Source: Candidatus Zixiibacteriota bacterium
GTDB lineage: Bacteria > Zixibacteria > MSB-5A5 > GN15 > FEB-12
Direction: 5' to 3'
NCBI GenBank assembly: GCA_041742355.1
Contig: JBGSIV010000098.1
Coordinates: 1-40,135 of the forward strand
DNA length: 40,135 nt
Shown one piece after another: positions 7,127-17,027 of this stretch. Position 1 is the stretch's first letter. Every line of letters starts with the position of its first letter. A program made the translations under genes and the position numbers. Under the pieces are notes generated by a model. The model worked only from the letters and a program-made list of their open reading frames with translations. It had not been told where the DNA came from and did no database searches.

Positions 7127-9622
7127 TCACTGCAAATCCGAGCTTTGAGCCGATCGTGGCCCGGCAGCTTTGACATACGTGTCAAACCACCGAACCTGCT
7201 CCGCGAGCACCTGTTCCACGTTCTCCCGGGCGCGGTAGCCGTGATCTTCAAAGGGCAGCAGCACCAACCTGGTCGTGCCACCCGTGCCACGCACCGCCTC
7301 GAAGAGCACCTCGGACTGGAACGTTAGCGTGCCCGGGTTGGAGTCGGCGTTGCCATGGATAATCAGGATCGGCTCGTCGATCTTATCGGCAAAGAACGTC
7401 GGGGAGAGTCCAATATAGGCGTCTCTTGCTTCGAACAGCGAACGCCGCTCGCTCTGGAAGCCGAAGGGCTGGTTGGTCTTGTTGTACGAGCCGCTGCGGG
7501 CGATGCCGGCCCGGAAGAGGTCGGTGTGCGCCAGGAGGTTGGCGACCATGAGGCCGCCGTGGCTGTGGCCGATGACGCCAATCCGATCGGGATCGGCCAC
7601 GCCGATCTCGATCGCCTTGGCCACGGCCGCTTTCGCATCGGCTACCAACTGAGGCACGAAGGTATCGTACGCCGTCTCAGGATCGCCGAGCATCGGCATG
7701 GCGGTCTGGTCGAGCACTGCGTAGCCCTGGAGCAGGAAGAAGAGGTGGGAGGGGCCGTACATCCGCATGAAGCGATGGGTCGAGCCTTCGACCTGCCCCG
7801 CAGTGGCTGAGCCGGAATATTCGAGGGGATACGCATAGACAACGGTGGGAAGCCGGGTGCCTTCCTGGTAACCCGGGGGAAGCATCAGGTGGAAGCTGAG
7901 CGGCACGCCGTCCTCGCGCTCGTAGCGCACGATGCGTTTCTCTATCTGGCGAAGTTGCGGCGTGGGGTCCTCGAAGCGCGTGATCGGTAGACGGGTCAGG
8001 GTCCGAGCCGCCTCGCCCTCGGCGGCCTTGATCCGGCTGCCCAGACTGGCGAGGTAGTAGTTGGGGACATCAACCTCGGATTCGGAGCGCAGTACAAACT
8101 GGTTCTCGTTACCGGCGAAGGCCACGAAGTACTCGTAGCGGTCCCGATCGCAGCGGAACAGGCGCTCGGCCTTGCCGGTGCTCATCGAGCGCAGGTCCAG
8201 GAACGGGCGATTGCCTTCGTTCGTCGCGCCGCTGCCGCGGAAGTAGACAGCGTCGCCCTTCTGGTGCAGCACCCAGCGACCGTTCGACAGCGGGCGGAGA
8301 AGGGGATAACCCGGGTCTCCATAGCGGTCGTCCTCATCGCGATCAAACCACAGGCGCGAGGTACCCTTGTCCACATCCAGGAGCCAGACATAGAGCCGGC
8401 GTCGCATCCGCTCATGCTGGGTGAGCATGAGGGTGCCCCCTTTGGCGCTCCAGGCGTTGCGTTCGGGATAGATGCGGTGTTCGGCGCGGAAGACCTCTTT
8501 AGGTTCGGCGGCGAATGGCGCGGCCAGAGTCATAAGCCGGTCGCGGTGGGAGGCCTCGGCGCGCGGATCTCCCCCGTCGAGTGCTTCGACCCAGAAAAGG
8601 GTGTGGGGGGCGGTGGGGCGCCACGAAACGGAGCGCGGGCCCATAGGGACACCGTGGACCGGGACGGCGTCGGCCAAAGGCAATGAGGCGATTTTCGCCA
8701 CGAGACTTCCGTCGCGGTTCCACACTTCGATCTCTCGGGCGAAGCGCCACCAGGCCACTTCGTGGGACCAGGGGCCGATCAGTCGCTCGACGAGAAGATA
8801 CTCGCCGTCGGGGGAGAACTCCGCCGTGGAATAGAATCCTGGCGCACCGATGACCTTCTCCGTGCCGGCTTCGGGATCGATGATCACCAGTTCGGCGGCC
8901 ATATAGTAATCGAAGAGAGCGTCATCGTACGCCGTCTCGAGCAGGTTGCGTGCTTCGTAGGTGGATCGGGCCGAAGCGCCGGCGCCTTCCCGGATTTCCG
9001 GACCTGCCGGGATGGCCGGCGGCGCGGGAACCGGCCCGCGCTTCGGGATACGGCGGACCAGCAGGTGCTTCTGGTCGGGCAGCCAGGTTACGGCCGAACC
9101 CATAAGCGGGTTGAGCGCGAGGTTCTCGACGCGGGTGATCCCACCCGCCACCGAGCCGACCCAGAGGCCGATGTGATCGGCATAGCCGACGGTGAGCGCG
9201 AAGCGTTGGCCATCGGCGGTCCAATCCACCTCGTGGACTTCGACTTCCTTCGGCAGATCGAGCGGCGTTACCGCACCATCCTCGACCCGGACCAGGCGCG
9301 GAGAGGTGCTGCCGTGGCGACCGTAGTCGTAGTTGGTAGCGGGATTGACGCGGATGCCGGCCAGCTTGTGCATCGGCGCCGCCAGTTCGACGAGGGAGGG
9401 GTAGGTCATGGGATCAGCGAGGAGCAGGTACTGGCCGGAGGGGGATGTCCACACGATGGGTAGTTGCGGTGCGTGGAGCACCTCCAGCAACTCCTGGGGC
9501 GGAGCCTGCCATGCGTTGGTCGTCTGGAGACTACTGCCGGAACTTGCCGCGACTGCGACCGTGCCGATCGCCGTCACCGTCAGTAGAGTCAGAAGTGCTG
9601 TTATCGCGATTGATCTTCTCAT
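7127..9622 (-). CDS. Secreted S9-family (prolyl-oligopeptidase clan) serine peptidase, glutamyl-endopeptidase-like
   Basis: Signal peptide, propeller-like N-terminal region, GHSHGG, ARSGSYN..PFGFQSERR, HGNADSNPGT, EDHGY; AGGAGG RBS. Confidence 0.9.
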   Translation of the reverse strand: MRRSIAITALLTLLTVTAIGTVAVAASSGSSLQTTNAWQAPPQELLEVLHAPQLPIVWTSPSGQYLLLADPMTYPSLVELAAPMHKLAGIRVNPATNYDYGRHGSTSPRLVRVEDGAVTPLDLPKEVEVHEVDWTADGQRFALTVGYADHIGLWVGSVAGGITRVENLALNPLMGSAVTWLPDQKHLLVRRIPKRGPVPAPPAIPAGPEIREGAGASARSTYEARNLLETAYDDALFDYYMAAELVIIDPEAGTEKVIGAPGFYSTAEFSPDGEYLLVERLIGPWSHEVAWWRFAREIEVWNRDGSLVAKIASLPLADAVPVHGVPMGPRSVSWRPTAPHTLFWVEALDGGDPRAEASHRDRLMTLAAPFAAEPKEVFRAEHRIYPERNAWSAKGGTLMLTQHERMRRRLYVWLLDVDKGTSRLWFDRDEDDRYGDPGYPLLRPLSNGRWVLHQKGDAVYFRGSGATNEGNRPFLDLRSMSTGKAERLFRCDRDRYEYFVAFAGNENQFVLRSESEVDVPNYYLASLGSRIKAAEGEAARTLTRLPITRFEDPTPQLRQIEKRIVRYEREDGVPLSFHLMLPPGYQEGTRLPTVVYAYPLEYSGSATAGQVEGSTHRFMRMYGPSHLFFLLQGYAVLDQTAMPMLGDPETAYDTFVPQLVADAKAAVAKAIEIGVADPDRIGVIGHSHGGLMVANLLAHTDLFRAGIARSGSYNKTNQPFGFQSERRSLFEARDAYIGLSPTFFADKIDEPILIIHGNADSNPGTLTFQSEVLFEAVRGTGGTTRLVLLPFEDHGYRARENVEQVLAEQVRWFDTYVKAAGPRSAQSSDLQ

Positions 9623-9870
9623 TGTTGACCTCCTGTGCTTACTCCGCTCCTTCGCTCGATGCAGGAGCCGGGTCTGCCGCCAACGGCTGGTTAGGTGGTC
9701 CGCCCTCGATTTCGATCGGATGGGCGGATATTCAAATGTACATCATCGTCCGGCCGTTTCCAATAGGCTTGCGACATTCTTCCTTCCGGATTATCTCCCG
9801 GGGCGGGTTTTCTGCACTGTTTGCCGGTCGCAGATGTCGGACAGAAGGGAGAAATCCGGCTCCGAGCCAA

Positions 9871-10584
9871 TCACTTCCCGGCCGACTGCGCGCGTTTTGC
9901 CTCTTCCGCCTTTGCCTTCGCCTCGGGAGTCGAGAACGGGAAGTAGTCCAACACGTCGTATTCCCACACATTCGTGGGAAAGATCACGACCAGTTCCGCC
10001 ACTTCGGTATCGAGGTTCTGGAATGAGTGCGGCACCATGGGCGGGATATTGACGATGTACGGACCCTCCATGACGAAGACCGAATCCCCCAGGGCGTAGA
10101 GGATTTTCTGCCCTTTCAGCAGCACATGCGACTCCTCCCCTTTGTGCGTGTGCATCGGCGGCGCGCCGCCGGGGGCGGTGTAGGTGATGCCGACGGTCAG
10201 GTTCCGGTAGCCGTGCCGCTGCCCCTCCATCACGTGTACGTACTCTCCCGGTCCCGGGTTGATTACGATCAGGTCATCCTTCGAGAGGGCGAAATCCTCG
10301 ATACTGGTCATGTTCGGCGCCTGGAAGGTTCCGGGAATGCTGCGGGTCTCCAGCGCCTTGTGCGCGTGGTGCTGAGCGTGCAACGCCTGCCGGGCGTCAT
10401 CGACCGGGGTGATCTTCTCGCCATGCTCGATCCCCTCGGCCGGTGAGTTGGCGTGGGTCACGGTCGGTTCCGGGGGGAGAATCGCCGGCGTTCCGTCAGC
10501 ATTTTGGGTCTGGCCGGATGAACATCCGGCGACTACCGCCGCGATGCCGACCAGTGCGAGCGTTCCTCTCAATCCGACCTTCAT
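9871..10584 (-). CDS. Cupin-domain lipoprotein
   Basis: Lipobox VAGC; cupin motifs PMHTH..EE and IPPMVPHSFQN; AAAGGA RBS. Confidence 0.8.
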   Translation of the reverse strand: MKVGLRGTLALVGIAAVVAGCSSGQTQNADGTPAILPPEPTVTHANSPAEGIEHGEKITPVDDARQALHAQHHAHKALETRSIPGTFQAPNMTSIEDFALSKDDLIVINPGPGEYVHVMEGQRHGYRNLTVGITYTAPGGAPPMHTHKGEESHVLLKGQKILYALGDSVFVMEGPYIVNIPPMVPHSFQNLDTEVAELVVIFPTNVWEYDVLDYFPFSTPEAKAKAEEAKRAQSAGK

Positions 10585-10910
10585 AACGAGTCCTTTCTAT
10601 GAGCTGGAGGTGACTGACGGGTTTCTTCGCTACGGCCGACCTCGTTCCGCCGCCTCCGGATGGAAATGTGACTGCGAGTCGACCGAGGATGATTGGCGCG
10701 GTGAACTTGACTACTGGTGCGGCGGGCCGAGCACAGCCGGCTCGCCGTGCCCGTAATATAGATTGAATTGGTCGATGAATGCAAGGAGAATCCGGAAGCC
10801 GGTCGGTTCAGCGGTGGCCGGAAGATGGTCGGGGGGGGAACCTCCGGCCATGCCCTTCCATGGTGGCCGTCGACGGTTCGACTCCTTCCCCCTGCCCGGA
10901 CCGAGCCGCT

Positions 10911-12035
10911 TCAGTAGATTACCACCACACCCCGATTTCGAAGCACGGTGAGCAGGCTGTCGGTCGAGGCCGCCGAGAGAGGATTATCGGTAAGCCAGAC
11001 GGTGTCGCCGGCATTCAACCCGGGATTCGCGGTAAGGCCGAGGATGTCGTCGATTTGATTGTGAGCGAGCTTGAGCTTCTCCAAACCAATTAGATTGTAC
11101 AGCGGGCTTACGAAGACAATCTGGTTGGCGTCCAGGTACAGGTTGCGAATGGACGTCTTATCGGCGAGCGGGGCCAGGTTCCAAAGGGCGTTCGCTGTCA
11201 ACTCCAGTTCGGTCAGGCCGTTCAGGGGGACAAGAGCGGTGAGGTCACCGATGGAGTTCGCGTTCAGGTGCAGGGTGTCAAGGCTGACCAGCGACGAGAG
11301 CGGGCTGATATCGGTTATTCCGTTGTAACCGACCTTGAGAACGCGGAGCCTGGTGAGCCCCGCCAGCAGCGTCAGGTCGGTGACATGATTGTTCCAGAGG
11401 AGCAGGGCTTCAAGGTTGATACAGTATTCAATTCCTGACAAGTCATGGATGTGCTGATTGTCGGCGTGGAGTCGGTTCAGAGCAAACAGATCGGATCGGA
11501 GGATGTCGCCGGTGGGTTTTCCCACCCGGAATCGGATGTTTCGCTCGAAGGCCGTGTCGGGGATGGTTACTGCGAAGTTGTCGAAACACATGGCGGTCGC
11601 AATATTGGAAAGACGCGACCAATTCCCGGCTTCGTCGACCGCCCGAATGGCGAAGTAGTAGGTCGAGTCCTCCTGCAGCCCCGTGACTTCGATCGACTGC
11701 AGCATACCCGGCTCTTCTGGAGTGGGCATTCCCCGGACCGAATCGGCTGATGGCCATGTTGTCGAGTCGATCTCCTGTCGCGAGTAGCGAAGATCGTACG
11801 CAGCCGCCAACCCGCTGTCGCGGTCATCGCCGGGGGCAATCCACTGCAGAACGACTGCCGTTGGAGCAACTGCGGTGACAGTCAGGCTGGAAATGACGGA
11901 TGGGGAGACGAGGTCAAGATCTTCATCCTGCCCGTCCAACCCCCCGCCGGATTTCGAACAGGACGATATGAGCATCGTACACACACCGATTATAAACAGA
12001 ACCATTCCCCTCCGCCGCAACCGATCATCGAGCAT
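10911..12035 (-). CDS. Lipoprotein with a fibronectin type III domain and internalin-like leucine-rich repeats
   Basis: Lipobox ISSC; FN3-like LQWIAPGDD..YDLRY..YYFAIRAVDEAGNWS; about seven 22-aa LRRs (LxxLxLxxNxIxDL); GGAGG RBS before ATG 12035. Confidence 0.85.
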   Translation of the reverse strand: MLDDRLRRRGMVLFIIGVCTMLISSCSKSGGGLDGQDEDLDLVSPSVISSLTVTAVAPTAVVLQWIAPGDDRDSGLAAAYDLRYSRQEIDSTTWPSADSVRGMPTPEEPGMLQSIEVTGLQEDSTYYFAIRAVDEAGNWSRLSNIATAMCFDNFAVTIPDTAFERNIRFRVGKPTGDILRSDLFALNRLHADNQHIHDLSGIEYCINLEALLLWNNHVTDLTLLAGLTRLRVLKVGYNGITDISPLSSLVSLDTLHLNANSIGDLTALVPLNGLTELELTANALWNLAPLADKTSIRNLYLDANQIVFVSPLYNLIGLEKLKLAHNQIDDILGLTANPGLNAGDTVWLTDNPLSAASTDSLLTVLRNRGVVVIY

Positions 12036-12241
12036 CTTTGCCTCCGGAATATCTATCAATGACTCCAGTATACTATCTCGAGCGGCCTCTGTAAAGCCGC
12101 AGCTTCGGCGTCGGCCGGGAGGAGGGTGGTGACGGAATTCACCAGAACAATGTGACATCGGATCACTTGTCTCCGGCGGCTGCTCCCGGTATCTTGGGGG
12201 CAAAGAAGTAGTTTGTCTGTGGTTCATCGGTCGGAGGTATT

Positions 12242-12766
12242 ATGGACGCATTCTGGAAGACTGCTGTCTGGCAGCAGTACGGCGCCGCGATCGACATGCT
12301 TGAAAACGCCATCACGGCCTGTCCCGATCACCTCTGGGGGGATCGCTCCCGCAATCCCGAATACTGGTACCTTGTTTCTCACACCCTCTTCTTTCTCGAT
12401 TTCTACCTGACCGATGCCCCCGAAGGGGAGTTCAGGCCTCCGGCGCCGTTTGGTCTTGAGGAACTCGATCCGGCCGGTGTCATGCCCCCGCGCGTGTACA
12501 CGAAGGATGAACTGCTGACGTATCTTCGCTACGACCGCGACAAGTGCCGCGCCAACATCGCTGCGATGACCGACGCCGACGCTCGCGCGGTTGCCCTGTC
12601 GCGCCCGTCGCTCAGTCGCGGCGAATGCCTGCTGTACAACATGCGGCATGTGCAACACCACGCCGCCCAGCTCAACCTGATCCTGCGGCAGACGATCGAT
12701 TCCGCTCCGAGATGGGTGAGCATCGCGCGGCAGAAACTGGCCGATGGACCATCATCGAAAGTGTGA
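12242..12766 (+). CDS. DinB/YfiT-family protein
   Basis: WYLVSH and YNMRHVQHHAAQL His pattern; GGAGGT RBS. Confidence 0.85.
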   Translation: MDAFWKTAVWQQYGAAIDMLENAITACPDHLWGDRSRNPEYWYLVSHTLFFLDFYLTDAPEGEFRPPAPFGLEELDPAGVMPPRVYTKDELLTYLRYDRDKCRANIAAMTDADARAVALSRPSLSRGECLLYNMRHVQHHAAQLNLILRQTIDSAPRWVSIARQKLADGPSSKV

Positions 12767-12787
12767 CCGCAGACCGGGGAGACCAAC

Positions 12788-13207
12788 ATGGCATTGAGCG
12801 CCTTTGAAGACAAAGCGAATCCGCCGGACGAGCAGGCTCTCCGCGCCGTCCTCGGCAAGACATGCCCATTATGGAACAAGCTCAAAGAGGCTGTGTCGAC
12901 TGCCCATGCCCCTGTCGCGGAGGAGTGGGGCTTCGCCAGCAAGTCGACGGGCTGGGGTTTGCGCCTCAAGAAGAAGGACCGGGTTATCCTGTACATGACC
13001 CCCTGCCGGGGCTTCTTTCTCGCTTCGTTTGCTCTCGGGGAGAAGGCCGTCCGGGCCGCCCATGAAGGGAAACTCCCGGATGCAATCCTGAAGGTCATTG
13101 ATGCCGCGCCGAAGTATGCCGAAGGGCGGGGCGTGCGCATCGAGGTCCGCACGGGGAAGGATGTTGCTGCCGTTGAGAAGCTTGTGGCTATCAAGGCGGT
13201 TTTCTAA
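12788..13207 (+). CDS. DUF3788-like protein
   Basis: EWGF...GWGLRLKKKDRVILY...YAEGRGVRIEV pattern; GGAG RBS; probably co-transcribed with dinB. Confidence 0.7.
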   Translation: MALSAFEDKANPPDEQALRAVLGKTCPLWNKLKEAVSTAHAPVAEEWGFASKSTGWGLRLKKKDRVILYMTPCRGFFLASFALGEKAVRAAHEGKLPDAILKVIDAAPKYAEGRGVRIEVRTGKDVAAVEKLVAIKAVF

Positions 13208-13283
13208 GACCGATCGCGCACTCCCGTCAAGACCGTTGCGAACGACTGCTGCCCAAAATAACGACCCGCTGCGTCAAAATTCC

Positions 13284-13313
13284 TTGCAAACGCGGGATAG
13301 AAACCGCTAATCT
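13284..13313 (+). promoter_or_regulatory. Putative sigma70 promoter for sulP
   Basis: TTGCAA-N18-TAATCT. Confidence 0.4.
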
Positions 13314-13485
13314 GTCCTCCCCACGTGTCCGATAAGAATTTGACTAATGTGGGGTGGAATAATCGGCGTTTTGGCTGTCGGTTTGACCGGCGGGAACCGT
13401 TGACGCCGATTTCCGTTACGACTGAGGCTGCCGTGCCGGAAGCGACGCGACGCTCTAATCCAAAACCACAGATTGATCGAATTAC

Positions 13486-15258
13486 ATGTTCCGACCAGAA
13501 CTGCTGTCCTCACTGAAGACCTACAACCGGTCGACGTTTTCCCGCGACCTGCTCGCGGGCGTTACTGTCGGCTTTGTCGCTCTTCCGCTGGCGCTGGCGT
13601 TCGCCATTGCCAGCGGTGTTCCTCCCGAGCGCGGCATCTTCACCGCGATCGTTGCCGGCCTGCTGATTTCGGCTCTCGGCGGCAGCAAGGTGCAGATCGG
13701 CGGCCCCACCGGCGCGTTCGTCGTCATAGTCGCCGGCATCGCCGCCACCCACGGCTACGACGGGCTCGTCCTCTGCATGTTCCTCGCCGGCGGCCTTTTG
13801 ATCGCGCTCGGTCTTTCCCGCATGGGCGGCCTGATCAAGTTCATCCCTTTCCCCGTGATCACCGGCTTTACGTCGGGTATTGCTGTCGTGATCTTCTCCA
13901 CGCAGATCAAGGATCTCCTCGGGCTGCGCCTGGAAGACGTGCCGGTTGATTTCGTCGAGAAGTGGATTGCCTACGCCGTTTCCCTGAGTACGGTCAATTT
14001 TGCCGCCGCGGCTGTGGGGATCGGCACTATCGTCATCAACGTGGTCCTGCGCCGATTTGCCCCGCGTTCTCCGTCCATGCTGATCGGCCTGATTGCCGCG
14101 TCGGCCGCGGTATCCGTGTTCAACCTCGACGTTGAGACTATCGGCAGCCGTTTCGGTGAGCTTCCCCGCAGTCTCCCGACTCCCTCGCTGCCGTCGTTCG
14201 ATTTCGAGAAGTTCCGCGCCATGGTCTCGCCCGCGTTCACAGTCGGCATGCTCGCCGCCATCGAGTCGCTTCTTTCCGCCACGGTCGCCGACGGTATGAC
14301 CGGCGGCAAACATAAGCCGAACATGGAGCTGATCGCCCAGGGAGCAGCCAATATTGGGGCGGCGATTTTTGGCGGCATTCCGGCCACCGGCGCGATTGCC
14401 CGCACCGCCACCAATGTCAAGAGCGGCGCCCGCACGCCTGTTGCGGGGATCATCCATGCGCTCACGCTCGCCCTGATCCTCATTCTGGCCGCGCCCCTGG
14501 CCTCGGCCATCCCCCTCGCCTCCCTCGCCGGATTGCTCGTGCTCGTCGCCTACAACATGAGCGAAATCGGCCACTTCCGCAGCCTTCTGCGCGCGCCGCA
14601 CAGCGATGTCATGGTTCTTCTCTCCACCTTCATGCTGACCGTGCTCGTCGATCTCACGGTCGCCGTCGAGGTGGGTATCGTGCTGGCCGCCTTGCTCTTT
14701 ATCCGCCGTATGAGCGAGGTCACCAATGTCGGTATCATTACGCGCGAGCTGCGGGGCGACGAGGACGAACCGACTGATCCCAATGCCATCAATGTGCGCG
14801 ATGTCCCCTCCGGAGTTGAGGTTTTCGAGATCCAGGGGCCGTTCTTTTTCGGCGCGGCCGACCAGTTCCAGGAGGTCATGCGCCAGATCCGCAAGACGGT
14901 CCCGATAATCATCCTGCGCCTCAGAGCTGTCCCGGCGATCGACGCGACGGGCCTGCACGTGCTCCATGAGTTCAGCCGTCAATGCAAGCGCAACGGCACG
15001 AAGCTGATCCTTTCCGGTGTTCATGCCCAGCCCCTTTTCGCCATGCAGCGCAGCGACCTTTGGGAGGAGATTGGCGGCGACAACGTCTTCGGCAATATCG
15101 ACGACGCCCTGAACCGCGCCCGGGAGTTCCTTGATCTTCCGCCGGTCCTCCGGCCGGTCCCCTTTGTGCCGACGGTCAAGCGCGAGGAGCCCGCAGCGAG
15201 TGGCACTCTTCCACAGCCGGCGGGTCGCCCGTCGTCCGACACAACAAAACCTGCTTGA
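13486..15258 (+). CDS. sulP: SulP/SLC26-family anion transporter with STAS domain
   Basis: DLLAGVTVGFVALPLALAFAIASG, QIGGPTGAF, AIESLLSA, GAIARTATNV; STAS motifs GPFFFGAA and IDATG. Confidence 0.95.
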   Translation: MFRPELLSSLKTYNRSTFSRDLLAGVTVGFVALPLALAFAIASGVPPERGIFTAIVAGLLISALGGSKVQIGGPTGAFVVIVAGIAATHGYDGLVLCMFLAGGLLIALGLSRMGGLIKFIPFPVITGFTSGIAVVIFSTQIKDLLGLRLEDVPVDFVEKWIAYAVSLSTVNFAAAAVGIGTIVINVVLRRFAPRSPSMLIGLIAASAAVSVFNLDVETIGSRFGELPRSLPTPSLPSFDFEKFRAMVSPAFTVGMLAAIESLLSATVADGMTGGKHKPNMELIAQGAANIGAAIFGGIPATGAIARTATNVKSGARTPVAGIIHALTLALILILAAPLASAIPLASLAGLLVLVAYNMSEIGHFRSLLRAPHSDVMVLLSTFMLTVLVDLTVAVEVGIVLAALLFIRRMSEVTNVGIITRELRGDEDEPTDPNAINVRDVPSGVEVFEIQGPFFFGAADQFQEVMRQIRKTVPIIILRLRAVPAIDATGLHVLHEFSRQCKRNGTKLILSGVHAQPLFAMQRSDLWEEIGGDNVFGNIDDALNRAREFLDLPPVLRPVPFVPTVKREEPAASGTLPQPAGRPSSDTTKPA

Positions 15259-15512
15259 GATCCCTCGGATCGGCGCGATCGATGACATTGTTCCGACTGC
15301 GGACGGGGGGCGGTTCCCTGCCCCGAAAACGTGGATTCTCCGGGATGCTTTCCCCCCTCCAGTTCATCTTTCGAGTCGTGTGTGGCAAGGCATCATAAAA
15401 TCCTTGACCGCGCTCTTGAATTTCACCAATCTGTGGGCAGACACAAAGCAACATGTATTCATCTTGCCAGACATCTTGGCCCGACAGAAGGATGAAAAAC
15501 AAAGGAACCGCC

Positions 15513-17003
15513 ATGCACACCAAAGGATTGCTCGTCGTGCTGATGATCCTCGTCCTGGTTTCATCGGCCGCCGCCGCCGAACTCGAAGGAAGGACTTCGG
15601 TTGGCGTCCGCTTCCCGTTCTTCATGCCCGTTTTCAACGGGAGCGATTTCACCTACATCAACGGCAACCATCAGCCCTTCATGATGGGCTGGAACATCGG
15701 CCTTGACGTCCGCCACTGGCATTCCAACCGGCTTGCGTTGGGGGCGACCTTCAATTACCTGACTACGTACGATGACACCACCAGCCTCGACAACTCCGGC
15801 AAGGATCTCAATGACTCCGATCACGCGCTGGCCAAATTGACCGGACTGGCGTTTGGTCTCGAGGCGCAGTGGTACTATGTTCCGGAGTGGCGTCTGCAGC
15901 CCTACCTGCTTGGCGGGCTCGGGCTCGAGCGCTGGACTGTCGAAAGCCAGGTGACCGACGACTCCTACAACTCCACCGACCTGAGTTTTAAGATCGGCAC
16001 CGGCCTGGTCTTCCCGATCAACGAGAAGTTTTCGATCGATGCCCAGGTCAAACTGACGACCGACTTCATCAATCTCTCGGAAGATTTCCCGGAAGGCTTC
16101 TATGGCCCGGCTACCTGGGAAGACTACTCCGACCGGCCCTTCCATGGGTACGTTGAGCCGTCGATCGGCCTTCTTTACTTCTTCGGCGGCGAACCGGATA
16201 CCGACGGTGACGGGGTGGCGGATTCCAAAGATCAGTGCCCTGACACACCGCAGGATGTCAAGGTCGACGACGCCGGCTGCCCGATCGACACCGACAAGGA
16301 CGGCGTCGCGGACTACCTCGACAAATGCCCCGACACGCCGGCCGGTGTGAAGGTCGATGCCGCGGGGTGCCCGCTTGACAGCGACGGCGACGGTGTTGCC
16401 GACTACCAGGACGACTGCCCGAATACGCCCGCCGGCACGAATGTCGACGCCAAGGGCTGCGCTCCTGACGCCGACCGTGACGGCGTTCCGGACCAGTTCG
16501 ACAAGTGCCCCGATACGCCGCAGGGAACGCCGGTTGACGAAGCCGGCTGTCCGAAGGATTCCGACGGCGACGGCGTGCTGGACAACGATGACAGGTGCCC
16601 CGGTACTCCCGGAGGCATTCAGGTCGACAGCACCGGCTGCCCGCTGGTCAAGAAGATCACCGAGAAGATCTCGCTCAATATCAAGTACGCGACCAACTCG
16701 TACGAGCCGGATAATGCCTCCAAGGCGCGCCTCGACAGCATTGCCGAGCGGATCTTCGCCTATCCGGAGACCCGGGTTGAGATCCGCGGCTTCACCGACA
16801 GCCGTGGCGCCGAAGCGGCCAACCAGACCCTTTCGGAGAACCGCGCCAACGGCGTCATGCAGTACCTCCTGAGCAAGGGCGTACCGCAGAACCAGATGAC
16901 CGCCCGGGGTTACGGTGAGGATCCGAAGTACTTTGTGGGTGACAACAACACCGAGGCCGGACGCGCCGCCAATCGCCGCGTCGAGATCGAATCGGTGCAG
17001 TAG
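15513..17003 (+). CDS. OmpA-family outer membrane protein with beta-barrel, thrombospondin type-3 repeats and peptidoglycan-binding domain
   Basis: Signal peptide, amphipathic beta strands, DxDxDG repeats, GFTDSRG...NQTLSENRA...ANRRVEI; AAAGGA RBS. Confidence 0.93.
   Translation: MHTKGLLVVLMILVLVSSAAAAELEGRTSVGVRFPFFMPVFNGSDFTYINGNHQPFMMGWNIGLDVRHWHSNRLALGATFNYLTTYDDTTSLDNSGKDLNDSDHALAKLTGLAFGLEAQWYYVPEWRLQPYLLGGLGLERWTVESQVTDDSYNSTDLSFKIGTGLVFPINEKFSIDAQVKLTTDFINLSEDFPEGFYGPATWEDYSDRPFHGYVEPSIGLLYFFGGEPDTDGDGVADSKDQCPDTPQDVKVDDAGCPIDTDKDGVADYLDKCPDTPAGVKVDAAGCPLDSDGDGVADYQDDCPNTPAGTNVDAKGCAPDADRDGVPDQFDKCPDTPQGTPVDEAGCPKDSDGDGVLDNDDRCPGTPGGIQVDSTGCPLVKKITEKISLNIKYATNSYEPDNASKARLDSIAERIFAYPETRVEIRGFTDSRGAEAANQTLSENRANGVMQYLLSKGVPQNQMTARGYGEDPKYFVGDNNTEAGRAANRRVEIESVQ
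16194..16643 (+). repeat. Five tandem 90-bp (30-aa) TSP3-type Ca-binding repeats inside the OmpA gene
   Basis: xDxDxDGVxDxxDxCPxTPxxxxVDxxGC repeated five times. Confidence 0.9.
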
Positions 17004-17027
17004 CTCTTGATCCTGATAGTGAAGAAC

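Noticed and set aside
10820..10900. GGTTCGACTCC T-loop-like motif suggesting a tRNA or selC remnant
   Set aside because: T-stem is mismatched, there is no acceptor stem or CCA, and no cloverleaf can be built.
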